From a bacterium (GTDB lineage: Bacteria > Zhuqueibacterota > Zhuqueibacteria > Zhuqueibacterales > Zhuqueibacteraceae): DNA of 64,000 nucleotides. Shown piece by piece: positions 18,701 to 28,031 of this stretch. Every line of letters begins with the position of its first letter. Position 1 is the stretch's first letter. The stretch covers positions 1-64,000 of the forward strand of contig JBIOXB010000137.1 in the NCBI GenBank assembly GCA_044869275.1, read 5' to 3'. The position numbers and the translations under genes were made by a program. The notes below the pieces were generated by a model that had not been told where the DNA came from, made no database searches, and was given only the letters and a program-made list of their open reading frames with translations.

Positions 18701-18825
18701 GACACGTCAACGCAGGTTTTCACATTGCAACCTTGGAGGCCTCGTCTCTCGCAAGTGGCATCTACTTCTATCGGCTTGAAGCGGGCACCTTCTCACAGAC
18801 CAAGAAGCTGGTGTTGCTCAGATAA
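15712..18825 (+). CDS. Secreted GH3 glycosidase with Fn3-like, CARDB, F5/8 type C (CBM32) and C-terminal sorting domains
   Basis: Signal peptide; ADGPHG, KHY, VVSDWG; TRWSSAFSD (discoidin); NYPNPFNPTT...SGIYFYRL tail. Confidence 0.92.
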   Translation: MKRPCRFCSARLIIGAALYSLCIVSPAVSQTVEDRITSILSRMTTAEKIKQLHHEGGFNTADNARLNIPGFIMADGPHGVREGTATSFPVIIGMASTWDVELAKRVGVALGKEFRAKGKNQGLGPSMDLDRDPRNGRSPETGGEDPLLCGQITAAIIKGMQSAGCMATAKHYNCNHRENGRESNNITISQKLLMEQAGLQFRTAVQEGGAFSVMNAYNLVNGLKSAHNSNLLTTILRTSWGFPFYVVSDWGAVWNAENAIEAGTDICMGSDHYQNSLPALVSSGAVTMPVLDEAVRRVLRTKALAGLLDYLPPGNPSDLNSTEHQQLCLETGRKSLVLLKNEENILPLNPDAITSVAVIGPNAPVAPIDGSGSSYVTPVYSVTPLQGVTRILGAARVRYAKGCDINSADTTQFAAALNAASGADAVLFFGGLDPSQEGEGFDRVGGAIDLPGTQQDLINRLAAVNPRIIVSLFSGGICGIQRSIANIKGLIYGFYPGQEVGNAVAEVIFGAFNPGGKLPVTFPSSTSQLPAWNDNLNDDYGGGYRWFEAKSITPQFAFGFGLSFTTFAYSELVISPASAPAGQPVTVSANVTNTGTRSGDEVAQLYLTREFPPVMMKELKGFRRITLNPGETRNVSFTLTPEQLYTYNEATAQYEVNPGLYPVSVGGASNHLPLTGTMQLTNTMPLPDLRLLRVWTVPPYPSAGDSVIFLAAVKNEGTGASPEGVPVEVAFNVNGVPLSYSDEFAHAIPAAGMALICANQGVAGSNRWVARPLGAFSIACTLDPRNAITETREDNNTLATEGNVIPKPLTNLAMYRAVTVSSSEGPGLEGANAVDGNMTTRWSSAFSDPQSITVDLGSLYSVSDVSLYWETAYARAYVVMTSANGQDYHQVHAETSGDGGLDVIPLSENARYVRVLGILRATQWGYSLYELQVHGNPVSTGVGEHDSSLPERVALGNNYPNPFNPTTQIGYALPHASHVSLRVYDQLGREVVTLIDGHVNAGFHIATLEASSLASGIYFYRLEAGTFSQTKKLVLLR

Positions 18826-18951
18826 AAGTGCGGTTAACACGATAATCAAATTTCTCTGCTGTTCTACTCATTTTCGGACCGAAGCAGAAAGAAACCGCCG
18901 ATTCCAAGTTAGAGTGTGATCTGCCAATTCCTGAAACAAAGGAGAACGGCC

Positions 18952-19179
18952 ATGAAGATTCAGCGATTCGCAATTGCCCTGACGTTGATCAATCTCGCGC
19001 TTCTGATACTGCTCCTGGCACAGAAATTATCAGCCGGGGCACAGAATGTCGCGCCAGTGCTTCGCGGGCGCGCGCTCGAAATCGTAGACAGTGAGGGTCG
19101 AGTCCGAGCAAGTATCACAAAGGGCAATTTTATGAAAATAGTAAGCCGAGAAGGGCGAGAACAGATCATCATGCCGTGA
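18952..19179 (+). pseudogene. Exported hypothetical protein, apparently internally deleted
   Basis: Good RBS, N-terminal TM and VLRGRALEIVD..GRVRASI, then an abrupt jump to a C-terminal-like GREQIIMP. Confidence 0.5.
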
Positions 19180-19313
19180 GTTGGGTTTGGATTGACGCAC
19201 GGGCTAGTGATAGAATAATTCGTGCACCGCAATCTTTCTTCGTCTATGGTACTCTCCCCTTTTCAAATCAGAAAAACTTCTTGTAAAATGGCGTCAGAGT
19301 TGTATTTTCTCTT

Positions 19314-19445
19314 GTAATTATTCAGAAGAAAAAAGAAACGTAAACGGATTGAGCGGATTGAGCAGATAATGATTCTGGCAAACGAATCTTTAGAATCCGC
19401 TTTATCCGCTCAATCCGCTTACAATAACAATAGCTGAATAGTTAC
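19314..19445. repeat. MITE-like repeat, copy 2 (inverted relative to copy 1)
   Basis: Ends GTAATTATTCAG / CTGAATAGTTAC; internal GCGGATTGA 9-mers. Confidence 0.75.
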
Positions 19446-19537
19446 TTTCTCTCTTTAACGGCGCTGCTCTGAGTTCAATTGCCGGTGCTTGGGAGAATCG
19501 AGCACAGTGCTCTCGATGGCGCGAGAGAAGGAGAGCC

Positions 19538-20011
19538 ATGGATAGATCGCAACTTCTGAAACGGCTTGACAAGGCGTGGGAGGCATTCACGGAGTCGTAC
19601 GCCGGCCTGTCAGACACGGAGCTGTTGGAGCCTGGTGTCACGGGGGCCTGGTCGGTCAGGGATATCATTGCACACGTGACCTGGTGGGAAGAGGAGGCGC
19701 TGAAGCATCTGCCGCTCATCCTCAGTGGCGGGAAGCCTCCGCGGTATTCCGTCACCTACGGTGGCATCGATGCCTTCAATGCCCAGATGACGGAGCAGAA
19801 GGGGAAACTGTCGCTGTCCGAAGTGCTGCAGCAACAAGATGACGCCCACCGCCGGCTCATCGACTTCATCCAGCAAGCGCCGGAAGATCAATTTATCCGT
19901 GAAACACGTTTCCGCCATCGCTTACGGCTCGATACCTACAGCCATTATCCGAAGCACACCCAGGCGATACGGAAATGGCGGGAACAGCGGTCGGTCGCAA
20001 GGGAAGGTTAG
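19538..20011 (+). CDS. DinB-like (ClbS/DfsB-type) four-helix bundle protein
   Basis: WSVRDIIAHVTWWE, DTYSHYPKH. Confidence 0.82.
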   Translation: MDRSQLLKRLDKAWEAFTESYAGLSDTELLEPGVTGAWSVRDIIAHVTWWEEEALKHLPLILSGGKPPRYSVTYGGIDAFNAQMTEQKGKLSLSEVLQQQDDAHRRLIDFIQQAPEDQFIRETRFRHRLRLDTYSHYPKHTQAIRKWREQRSVAREG

Positions 20012-20030
20012 CACTTCGCAAAAATTCGGT

Positions 20031-20090
20031 GATTTCCGATTGTCGAATTACGATCGCAGATCGGCAATCGTAAATCTACAATCGCAAATC
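20031..20090. repeat. Heptamer-based intergenic palindrome
   Basis: (CGATT..)n followed by (AATCG..)n; similar element at 42716-42785. Confidence 0.55.
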
Positions 20091-20108
20091 AACTAAAAGG
20101 AGGATCCA

Positions 20109-20474
20109 GTGTCTCGCGAAGAGCGTTTACGCAGGTTGAACGAGCAATACGTACGGGCGTCCCTGGCAGGCGACGTCGAATGGTATCGTGCGCATCTCGC
20201 CGACGAGTTTGTCTGTATTGAGTCCGACGGCTCGGTGCTCGATAAAGCCGCCTTCCTTCAGATGACTGCCCAAGGTTCGGATCTCGTGGAATACCGGCTC
20301 GACGAGGTCGACGTGCGATTCTACGGCGAGGTGGCCCTGGTGCGGTGCATGGGATCGTGGATAGCGAAAGACGGGACTCCCGGAATCAGCCGTTACGTCG
20401 ACGTGTACGTGCGCTCCGGAGACGACTGGAAAGCGGTATCAGCGCAGATCACACGACCGGCGCAGAGGCCCTGA
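20109..20474 (+). CDS. NTF2-like (DUF4440) protein
   Basis: HLADEFVCIESDGSVLDKAAFL, VRFYGEVALV, RYVDVYVR..WKAVSAQIT. Confidence 0.85.
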   Translation: MSREERLRRLNEQYVRASLAGDVEWYRAHLADEFVCIESDGSVLDKAAFLQMTAQGSDLVEYRLDEVDVRFYGEVALVRCMGSWIAKDGTPGISRYVDVYVRSGDDWKAVSAQITRPAQRP

Positions 20475-20591
20475 AGGACAGAAAGATGGCAATTGATCTC
20501 CTATGCCAGGGGACTGGTTGGTGACGGGATTGCGCAAACGACAAACATATTTCTGTCCTGCTTCTTTCTGTCTTCTGTTTTTTTGCATTAA

Positions 20592-21092
20592 ATGAACCTG
20601 GAGCGTGGTATGATAAGAAAAGCATATCGCAAGGGCCCTCTCGGAGCTATGATGGATGAGTATGAGCGTGCGGCCTCGGAACTCAGAGGTTTAGTGGAGC
20701 AAATCCCTGAAGATGAATTCGTCCGGATGGTTGATCCGCAAACAAGTGACGAAAATTGCCGCTCTGTTCAAACCATCATGAGTCACGTGGTGAGTTCGGG
20801 ATACGGTTACGCCGATGCCATCAGGGAATTGTTCTCCCTCTCTTCAATCCGTCGTCCGAAGCAACTCTTTTCTCGCCAGGAGGCATTGGTGCAGCTAGAA
20901 TCCATGCTCGAATACACAGCTCAAACCCTGGCAGGCAAGTGGGAAATGACGGACGAAAAGATTGAGAGCTCAATTATACCTTCACGATGGTGTGTGACCT
21001 ACAATCTTGAGCAAATGTTGGAGCACGCCATCGTTCACATTTTGCGGCACAGGCGGCAGATAGAGAAATTTGCGCTGCGAGGGGATGTATGA
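20592..21092 (+). CDS. DinB family protein
   Basis: SVQTIMSHVV, EQMLEHAIVHILRHRRQI. Confidence 0.85.
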   Translation: MNLERGMIRKAYRKGPLGAMMDEYERAASELRGLVEQIPEDEFVRMVDPQTSDENCRSVQTIMSHVVSSGYGYADAIRELFSLSSIRRPKQLFSRQEALVQLESMLEYTAQTLAGKWEMTDEKIESSIIPSRWCVTYNLEQMLEHAIVHILRHRRQIEKFALRGDV

Positions 21093-21495
21093 CTACTTCC
21101 GCCGCGCCGCGGGTCGACTGCGAGCGCCACCAAACCACGTTGTACGTCAGCGACTTCCTTGCCGCCGTCGACTTCTACACCAACAAGCTCGGCTTCAGCC
21201 TGGGCTTCTCGTCGGGCGACCCGCCGGTCATGGCGGACGTAAATCTGGATCAGGTGCAGATATTCCTGGAGCAGAGAAACGTCTTACCGCCCTGCTCCAT
21301 GACCTGGCGGCGTACAAGCGCATGAGCTTGACGAGTTGTCTCGAAGAAATCCTGCTGCACACATGCGAGCAGCTCGGTGACGGTGTCGCCAGTCCGCATA
21401 CCAAGAGCCAGCTCCGATATATTCAAAAACTGAAAACGAAGCACGCTATCGACTACGACTCCCACGCAAGTTACGGCTTCGTCGAAAAGTCATAG
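21089..21495 (+). pseudogene. VOC N-terminal half joined to the C-terminal half of another hypothetical gene
   Basis: LYVSDFLAAVDFYTNKLGF VOC start breaks near 21275; a different frame continues EKRLTALLHDLAAYKRMSL...IDYDSHASY. Confidence 0.65.
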
Positions 21496-21866
21496 CACCG
21501 GAGCGTGAGGGCGTGGACAGCCTTCGCGAACAACTCGATTACGCGCTGCGGCTGGTGGCTTGGTCATGGGTCGCGCGGAAGTGCGCGCGTTGACTTGCTT
21601 ATTGTTCCATGTCATCAGGCTTCAAAGTATAAGAACAAACTAATTCCTCGCAGCAAAGAAGCTGCAATCGATGATTTGAACACTGCATCAAATGCTCTTA
21701 AGCCCGCTCCAAATTGGGCTGCTATTTGGGCAATAGATGCGCGCTTGCAAACGAATCATGAATATGATAAGGAAAGGAATGAGATTTATCCCTTCCTTGC
21801 TTTTTTCGCCCGTGTATCAAGATAGACAACCCAGCAGAGAGAAGCATCACAAGTTCAAGGTTGTAT

Positions 21867-21993
21867 TCCGAACAACAAATTCAATCGGCCGCTGCGCGTC
21901 CCGTCGCTTTTTTAAAATTGTGCAAACAGCAACTTTTGTCGGCTTCGTCAACGTCTGTCGCAGAGCGCAGCGCCGGTCAATTTGAGCTTGGGC
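21867..21993 (+). other. Degenerate integron attC-like site
   Basis: TCCGAAC..CAAATTCAATCGGCCGCTGCGC ... GCGCAGCGCCGGTCAATTTG..CTTGGGC: imperfect palindrome with extra bases on one arm. Confidence 0.5.
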
Positions 21994-22021
21994 GGCAAAC
22001 ACGCCGTCTGTAGGTCTCAAA

Positions 22022-22903
22022 ATGCGAATATATTTTATGGCGACAACTTTAACTGGCATCCTGCTATGCGCGTTATTTGCAACCAGCACATCTGCCCATC
22101 CCGGCTCCGGGATTGTAGTTGACAACCAGGGCCAGATATTCTTTACCGACACTGGCCAAGGCGTTTGGAAGATTGATAAGCAAGGTAAACTCATCTACTT
22201 GCCCGCATCGTTATGGCACTGGATGGCTATTGATGAAGTCGGATACTTCGCAGAATCTCAGAAGAATTTTGGCGAGTGGTTTGAAAGAGTAACACCGCAA
22301 AGCTCCAAACCTGTTCTCATTATGTGCTCCGATTTTCCCCTTACTGTTAACCGGGACGGGAACCTCTACTACGCCGATACTCGCCGCAGCTCGACGCGGA
22401 TTGTCCAGAGAACACCTAACGGAACGGAATCGATCCTCGCAGGCGGCGAGATGTTCCAGGGCATCACCGGCATAGCTGCTGGCCCAGACAGTTCTATCTA
22501 TGTCACTGACGTCAACGCGATCCTAAAGATTACGATGGACGGTACTGTCTCGACGTTTGCCAGCGGCTTCGTCAGCAAAGACCCCGCCAACAATCCACCG
22601 CCGGAAACGGAGGCCACCTATTGCCGGGGATTGGCTGTTGATTCGCAGGGGGGCGTGTACGTGGCCGCCACCGGCAGCCGCCGCGTCCTTAAGATCACCC
22701 CTCAAGGCAAAGTAAGCACCATCCTACAAGGGCCTGGTCCATGGTCACCGACCGGTGTAACGGTGTTTCGCAGAGAAGTTTATGTGCTGGAGTGGCGCGA
22801 TGCGGCTCCTTCACGCGTGGAGACTCGTAGGGAGTGGATACCGCGAGTTCGGAAAGTCGGAGTTGACGGAAAGATCACGACTCTCGCAACAGTCTCGCGG
22901 TAA
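22022..22903 (+). CDS. Secreted NHL-repeat / beta-propeller protein
   Basis: Signal peptide; repeated GIVVD..G.IFFTD, GLAVDSQGGVYVA. Confidence 0.8.
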   Translation: MRIYFMATTLTGILLCALFATSTSAHPGSGIVVDNQGQIFFTDTGQGVWKIDKQGKLIYLPASLWHWMAIDEVGYFAESQKNFGEWFERVTPQSSKPVLIMCSDFPLTVNRDGNLYYADTRRSSTRIVQRTPNGTESILAGGEMFQGITGIAAGPDSSIYVTDVNAILKITMDGTVSTFASGFVSKDPANNPPPETEATYCRGLAVDSQGGVYVAATGSRRVLKITPQGKVSTILQGPGPWSPTGVTVFRREVYVLEWRDAAPSRVETRREWIPRVRKVGVDGKITTLATVSR

Positions 22904-23061
22904 GGGGCAAAGCCACGGTCTGAGTACCTTAACCAACGGGCGGTTATCTCAGGGTGTCGCCTGACATGGGACTCAATCGGACGCGTTGGGTAGCTCCGTG
23001 GGCCGGCCACCTGTTGGTGGTTTGTGAGCTTGAAGCACCACCTTTCAAAAGAGCAATCGTT

Positions 23062-23235
23062 ATGCACGATCCCGAGATTCTCGACCCGCTATTCCGCGAA
23101 GCAGTGTCCGCCATCGACGCAGGTGACGTGAGCGCGCTGGAACGCCTCCTGGCCGCGCACCCCAGTCTCGTGTGAGAGCGCCTCAACTCCCCGGCGCTTG
23201 GTTGCGCGCAATGATCGGCGACGCCATGAAGGGAA
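23062..23235 (+). pseudogene. N-terminal fragment of an ankyrin-repeat protein gene
   Basis: FREAVSAIDAGDVSALERLLAAHPSLV*ERL..PGAWLR: in-frame stop, then truncation. Confidence 0.6.
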
Positions 23236-23269
23236 CTTGAGACATTCGTACCCTCGAGCGTAGTCTAAT

Positions 23270-24631
23270 GTGACCAACATCACTAACGTTTCGACCATGA
23301 CCGATATGACCAACATAGACGATGCGCGCGCGGCCTTCATCGAGGCTGCGGTCTGGCATGGGACACTGGAGCGCGCCGAGGTGATTCTGGCTGCGCACCC
23401 CGATCTCGCAAGCTGCGATATTCACATCGCGGCGATTCTGGGCGACGATGCTGCCGTGCGCCGGTTTCTCGCGCAGGATACAAAGAACGCTACGGCGAAG
23501 TCGGGACCGTACGGCGGAGAGGCACTCGTCTATCTGTGTCTGTCAAAGTATCTTCGGCTCGACAGGATTCGAACCGAGGGCTTCCTGCGGGCGGCCACGG
23601 CGCTGCTCGACGCCGGAGCTGACCCGAACGCCGGTTTCTGGACCACGGGTCAGTACCCCGAGTTCGAAACCGCACTGTATGGCGCCGCCGGCGTCGGGCA
23701 CCATCAGGAGATGACGCGCCTCCTGCTCGAGCGTGGCGCCGATCCGAACGATGTTGAAGTCGTTTATCACTCGCCGGAAACACACGACAACGCCGCGATG
23801 AAACTCGTCGTGGAGACCGGCAGGCTTACTGCCGAGAGCCTCGCGGTCATGCTGATCCGCAAGCACGACTGGCACGACTACGAGGGCGTGAAGTATCTGC
23901 TCGAGCACGGCGCCGATCCCAATCATAGCAGAGAACTGGGATTCCGTGCGATCCATCACGCCATCGCACGGGACAACGATCTCAAGATCATCGAACTGCT
24001 GCTGGACCACGGCGCCGACCCGCGGCTACCGGCGCGCGACAACGAGGAATCGGCGGTCGCGCTGGCGGCGAGCCGAGGGCGGGGCGACCTCCTCGCTTTG
24101 TTCGAGCGTCGTGGCATTTCCATTGAGCTGCACGGCGCCATGCAGTTGATCGCCGCGTGCGCCAGGAACGATGCGGCTACCGTGCGCGCCATCGCGATGC
24201 GCGAACCCAGGCTCGTTCACGACGTTGTGGCGCAAGGAGGCAAGCTGCTTGCGGAATTCGCCGGAACCTGGAACACGAACGGCGTTCGGCATCTTCTCGA
24301 TCTCGGCGTGCCCATCACGGCGCTATACGAAGGCGACGGCTACTTCGGCATCGCGAAAGACAGCACAGCGCTGCACGTGGCGGCCTGGAAGGCACACCCC
24401 CCGACCGTGAAACTGCTCATCGAACGTGGAGCGCCGGTTGGCGTCAAGGATGGAAAGGGGCGTACGCCATTGGCGCTGGCCGTGAAGGCGTGCGTGGATT
24501 CGTATTGGACCGAGAGACGTTCGCCCGAGTCGGTTGAAGCGTTGCTCCGCGCGGGCGCACCCGTAAGTGGCATCCCTTTTCCATCAGGCTATGCGGAAGT
24601 TGATGAACTACTCAGATCGCATGGAAAATGA
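23270..24631 (+). CDS. Ankyrin repeat protein
   Basis: Repeated LL..GADPN, TALHVAAW, GRTPLALA. Confidence 0.9.
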   Translation: MTNITNVSTMTDMTNIDDARAAFIEAAVWHGTLERAEVILAAHPDLASCDIHIAAILGDDAAVRRFLAQDTKNATAKSGPYGGEALVYLCLSKYLRLDRIRTEGFLRAATALLDAGADPNAGFWTTGQYPEFETALYGAAGVGHHQEMTRLLLERGADPNDVEVVYHSPETHDNAAMKLVVETGRLTAESLAVMLIRKHDWHDYEGVKYLLEHGADPNHSRELGFRAIHHAIARDNDLKIIELLLDHGADPRLPARDNEESAVALAASRGRGDLLALFERRGISIELHGAMQLIAACARNDAATVRAIAMREPRLVHDVVAQGGKLLAEFAGTWNTNGVRHLLDLGVPITALYEGDGYFGIAKDSTALHVAAWKAHPPTVKLLIERGAPVGVKDGKGRTPLALAVKACVDSYWTERRSPESVEALLRAGAPVSGIPFPSGYAEVDELLRSHGK

Positions 24632-24658
24632 CCTGACCCGAATGAGCCGCCTGCGCTC

Positions 24659-26041
24659 TTGCAGTTGGCCATCGTGTCTCCCTCCATCTCGATCATCCGT
24701 CTGATCATCGCGGTGATCGTGCTGCTGCTGTTAAACTGGCGGTTGGCGTTGACGGCCCTGGCCATTATCCCCGGCGTGACACTGATGAGCTTTGCTTTTT
24801 CACGGCGCATCAGGCCCATTTACCGTTCGCTTCGCAAGGACGTGGAACAGATTGACGGCCGGGTGGGTGAGACGTTCTCGGGGATTCGCGTCGTGCGGGC
24901 GTTCGGGCGCGAAATACGGGAGCTGTTCGACTACATGCTCGGCCGGCACACCGTGTTGCGCAAGGAAATGTTCGCGCATCGCCGCGAAATGTTGTTGTGG
25001 ACGTCCTGGGGCCTGCTCTTGGGGGCCGTCAACGTGGTCATCGTCTGGTACGGAGGATATTTGAACATCGTCGGTGGCGCCTCCATTGGCGACATCATGG
25101 CGTTCCAGTGGTACACGTTTCTGCTGCTGAACCCGGTGTGGAATATCGTCAATTCCTTTTCCGAGCTGCAACGTTCGCTCGCGGCCATGGAGCGCGTGTT
25201 CGAAGTGTTGGCGATGGAAGGCGACAAGCCTGACCGGCCCGACGCTCGTGACGCACCAGAGGTGGTGCATGAGATCCGATTCGAGAAGGTCGAGTTCGAG
25301 TATCGCGAGGGCCAGCCCGTAGTTCGCGACTTCAATGTCGCCGTGCCCGGAGGATCTGTGGTCGCACTGGTGGGCCGGAGTGGCGCAGGGAAGACGACGG
25401 TGACTGACTTGGTGGCGCGTTTTCACGACCCCACCAAGGGCCGCATTCTGCTCAACGGCTCCGACATTCGGGAATTTCGTCTGCGCACGTATCGCGACCT
25501 CTTGGCCATTGTCCAGCAGGATGTCTTCTTGTTCGACGGCTCGGTGCGGGACAACATCGCCTACGGGCGCCACGATGCCACGGACGCCGAAGTTGAAGAC
25601 GCCGCCCGGCGCGCCAATGCGCACGAGTTCATCGTCAAGCTTCCCGAACAGTACGAGACCTTTATCGGCGAGCGTGGCGTCAAGCTCTCTGGCGGCCAGC
25701 AGCAACGGCTGGCGATTGCTCGGGCGATCCTGGCGTCTCCGCAGATCCTGATCCTCGACGAGGCCACCAGCAACCTGGATACGGAAAGCGAACAGCTCAT
25801 TCAGGCCTCGATGGCCTCACTGCTCGCCGGACGAACCACCTTCGTGATCGCCCATCGCCTCTCCACCATACGCCGCGCCGACTTGATCTTGCTGATGGAA
25901 GAAGGGCGCGTCGTCGAGCGCGGGCCCCACGAGCAACTCATGCGTGCTCGCGGCGACTATTACCGCATGGTTCTTCAGCAGATGGAATCGTCCGGCGAGA
26001 ATGGCAAAGAACGGCGCCTCAACGATCAAAGAAACTCATGA
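24659..26041 (+). pseudogene. ABC exporter (TMD-NBD), probably 5'-truncated
   Basis: GRSGAGKT, LSGGQQQR, ILDEATS intact, but only 460 aa, starting mid-TMD at TTG with no RBS. Confidence 0.7.
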
Positions 26042-26063
26042 AACAAATCGAGGAGCTCGAACC

Positions 26064-26498
26064 ATGAAACTCGAACCGAAAACCAAACCAAACCTCAAGC
26101 AAGCCGTGCCGTTTTTCGGGGTGTCGAACCTCGAAGCCTCCCTCCACTATTACGTCGATGGCCTCGGCTTTGAGATGGCCAACAAATGGATAGACGAGGG
26201 CAAGCTGCGCTGGTGCTGGCTGCAACGTGGAGGCGCGGCATTGATGCTGCAGGAGTTCAAGAAAGAGTGGGTGCCGGGGGGGAAAATGGGCGTGGGCGTA
26301 TCGATCTGCTTCATCTGCGAGGACGCTCTGGCGTTCTACCACGAGGTCACTTCACGCGGGATTCAGGCCTCCAGGCCCTTTGTCGGAAATGGTATGTGGG
26401 TCACCTCGCTGTCGGACACCGACGGCTATAGGATCGAGTTCGAGAGTTACACGGACGTGCCGGAGGGGACGAAGTATTCCGGACATGAAGGAAGTTGA
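26064..26498 (+). CDS. VOC family protein
   Basis: AVPFFGVSNLEASLHYYVDGLGF, DTDGYRIEFES; GAGGAG RBS. Confidence 0.85.
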   Translation: MKLEPKTKPNLKQAVPFFGVSNLEASLHYYVDGLGFEMANKWIDEGKLRWCWLQRGGAALMLQEFKKEWVPGGKMGVGVSICFICEDALAFYHEVTSRGIQASRPFVGNGMWVTSLSDTDGYRIEFESYTDVPEGTKYSGHEGS

Positions 26499-26741
26499 AC
26501 AGCCAGAATTCGTTTACGTTTCTTACATCGCCACCACGCCGGAGAAGCTGTGGGCAGCGCTTAGGTCAAACTCACGCTGGTACACGACGAGCTGCCGGAC
26601 GAGCAGGCGGTCATCGGTTTCCGCGAGGGCTGGTCGTCGATCTTGTCATCCCTCAAGACTTTCCTCGAATCGGGCAAGCCGATGCCGCGGCTTCGGAGCT
26701 TGGAGGAGAAGGGCCGCCCGCAGGCGGCAGCATTGAGCTGA
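26495..26741 (+). pseudogene. SRPBCC/AHSA1 family gene with internal deletion
   Basis: FVYVSYIATTPEKLWAAL joined out of frame to VKLTLVHDE...GWSSILSSLKTFLESG. Confidence 0.7.
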
Positions 26742-26845
26742 GGCCATGTCGCTTCACGCCGCAGGTCTTGGCTTTGCGCCGCTAAATAGATCGCTTAGGA
26801 ATGGGAGCAACTCATGGAAATGAATTCGTGAACGAGCGCTGCGGT

Positions 26846-26969
26846 TCACTTTGTGTTCGCTGTGTGACGTCGCACGGCCGGCGCAACTTTGGTCCCCAAG
26901 AGTTCAATGGCGCGCATGACTTTGGCGTGCGCCATCGTGCCGACGCTGAGCTGGGCGAGGAAACGCTGG
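26846..26969 (-). pseudogene. C-terminal fragment of an LLM-class flavin-dependent oxidoreductase
   Basis: [33 protein letters not shown]...stop. Confidence 0.65.
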
Positions 26970-27047
26970 TGGCCGGGGAACATTCGCGAGCTGCAGAATG
27001 TAATCGAACGATCGGTCATTCTCTGTGAAACGGAGAACTTCTCCGTC
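26970..27047 (+). pseudogene. Fragment of a sigma54-dependent (NtrC-like) activator
   Basis: Isolated [18 protein letters not shown] motif. Confidence 0.7.
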
Positions 27048-27074
27048 TTGGGTTTCCTGAAACGGCCAGGTGCC

Positions 27075-28031
27075 TCACCTCCCGGTGCTCTGCCGCAGAT
27101 ACTTCAAAAAATCGGCATCCGTCTTCAAGAACAGCGTGCTGTTGCTGGAGAGCGTGCTGCGGTAGGCTTCCAGTGTCTGCAGAAAAGAGTAAAACTCCGG
27201 ATCGCGATTGTATGCCTCGGCGTAGATTTTCGCGGCTCTGGCGTCGGCTTCACCTTTGAGCTGTTGCGCCTTTTTGTAAGCTTCGGATTGAATGCGCTGC
27301 AATTCCTTCTCGCGCTGGCCTTCGATTTTGGCGCGCTCGCCCTGGCCTTCCGAACGGTATCTTTCCGCGATACGATTGCGCTCCGAAATCATTCTCTCGT
27401 ATACTTTTTTGCGCACCTCTTCAATGTAGTCGAGGTGATTGATGCGCACGTCCACCAATTCGATGCCATATTGCGGCATGGTCTCGCGCGCACGTTCTAA
27501 AATTTGAATCGTGATCGCGCGCCTGCCGTGTTTGATTTTTTCAACCTCCTGGATGCCGATGGTTTCCACGGCACCCTCGCGCGCCCCTTCTGCCACCGTC
27601 ACCATCTCGCGATTGGTATCGCGCACCAGCTCGATGAGCGGGTTTTTCGTAATGATGTCACGCGTGACGCCGTCAATGATGTCGTCCAACCGGCTTTGCG
27701 CGTTGCGTTCGTTGGTGACGGATTGATAAAACTTCAGCGGATCAGCGATGCGCCAACGCGCAAAAGTGCTGACCCAGATGTATTTCTTGTCTTCGGTGGG
27801 AATCTGATTCGGATCTCCCTCCCATTCAATCAAGCGCTTGTCGAATACCGTGATTTTCTGAATGAACGGCATTTTCACGTGCAGGCCGGCCGTGCGCACG
27901 GGCTGGCCGATCGGCTCGCCGAACTGCGTAATGATCGCCTGCTCGGTTTCATTCAGCGTATAAAAAGCGCTGTTGAAAATCAGAAGAAGTGCGGCGGCTA
28001 AAACCGCAAAGCGCAAACTCTTGCCGTTCAT
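27075..28031 (-). CDS. hflC: Protease modulator HflC
   Basis: SPFH domain, [35 protein letters not shown]. Confidence 0.93.
   Translation of the reverse strand: MNGKSLRFAVLAAALLLIFNSAFYTLNETEQAIITQFGEPIGQPVRTAGLHVKMPFIQKITVFDKRLIEWEGDPNQIPTEDKKYIWVSTFARWRIADPLKFYQSVTNERNAQSRLDDIIDGVTRDIITKNPLIELVRDTNREMVTVAEGAREGAVETIGIQEVEKIKHGRRAITIQILERARETMPQYGIELVDVRINHLDYIEEVRKKVYERMISERNRIAERYRSEGQGERAKIEGQREKELQRIQSEAYKKAQQLKGEADARAAKIYAEAYNRDPEFYSFLQTLEAYRSTLSSNSTLFLKTDADFLKYLRQSTGR

Noticed and set aside
23270..23320. Imperfect 9-bp repeats (ATGACCAAC-like) at the ankyrin gene start
   Set aside because: Short and degenerate; it only makes the start codon uncertain.
26889..27500. 203-aa plus-strand ORF containing an NtrC motif
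   Set aside because: Chimeric reading: only 26 codons are NtrC-like and the rest is antisense to the LLM fragment and hflC.
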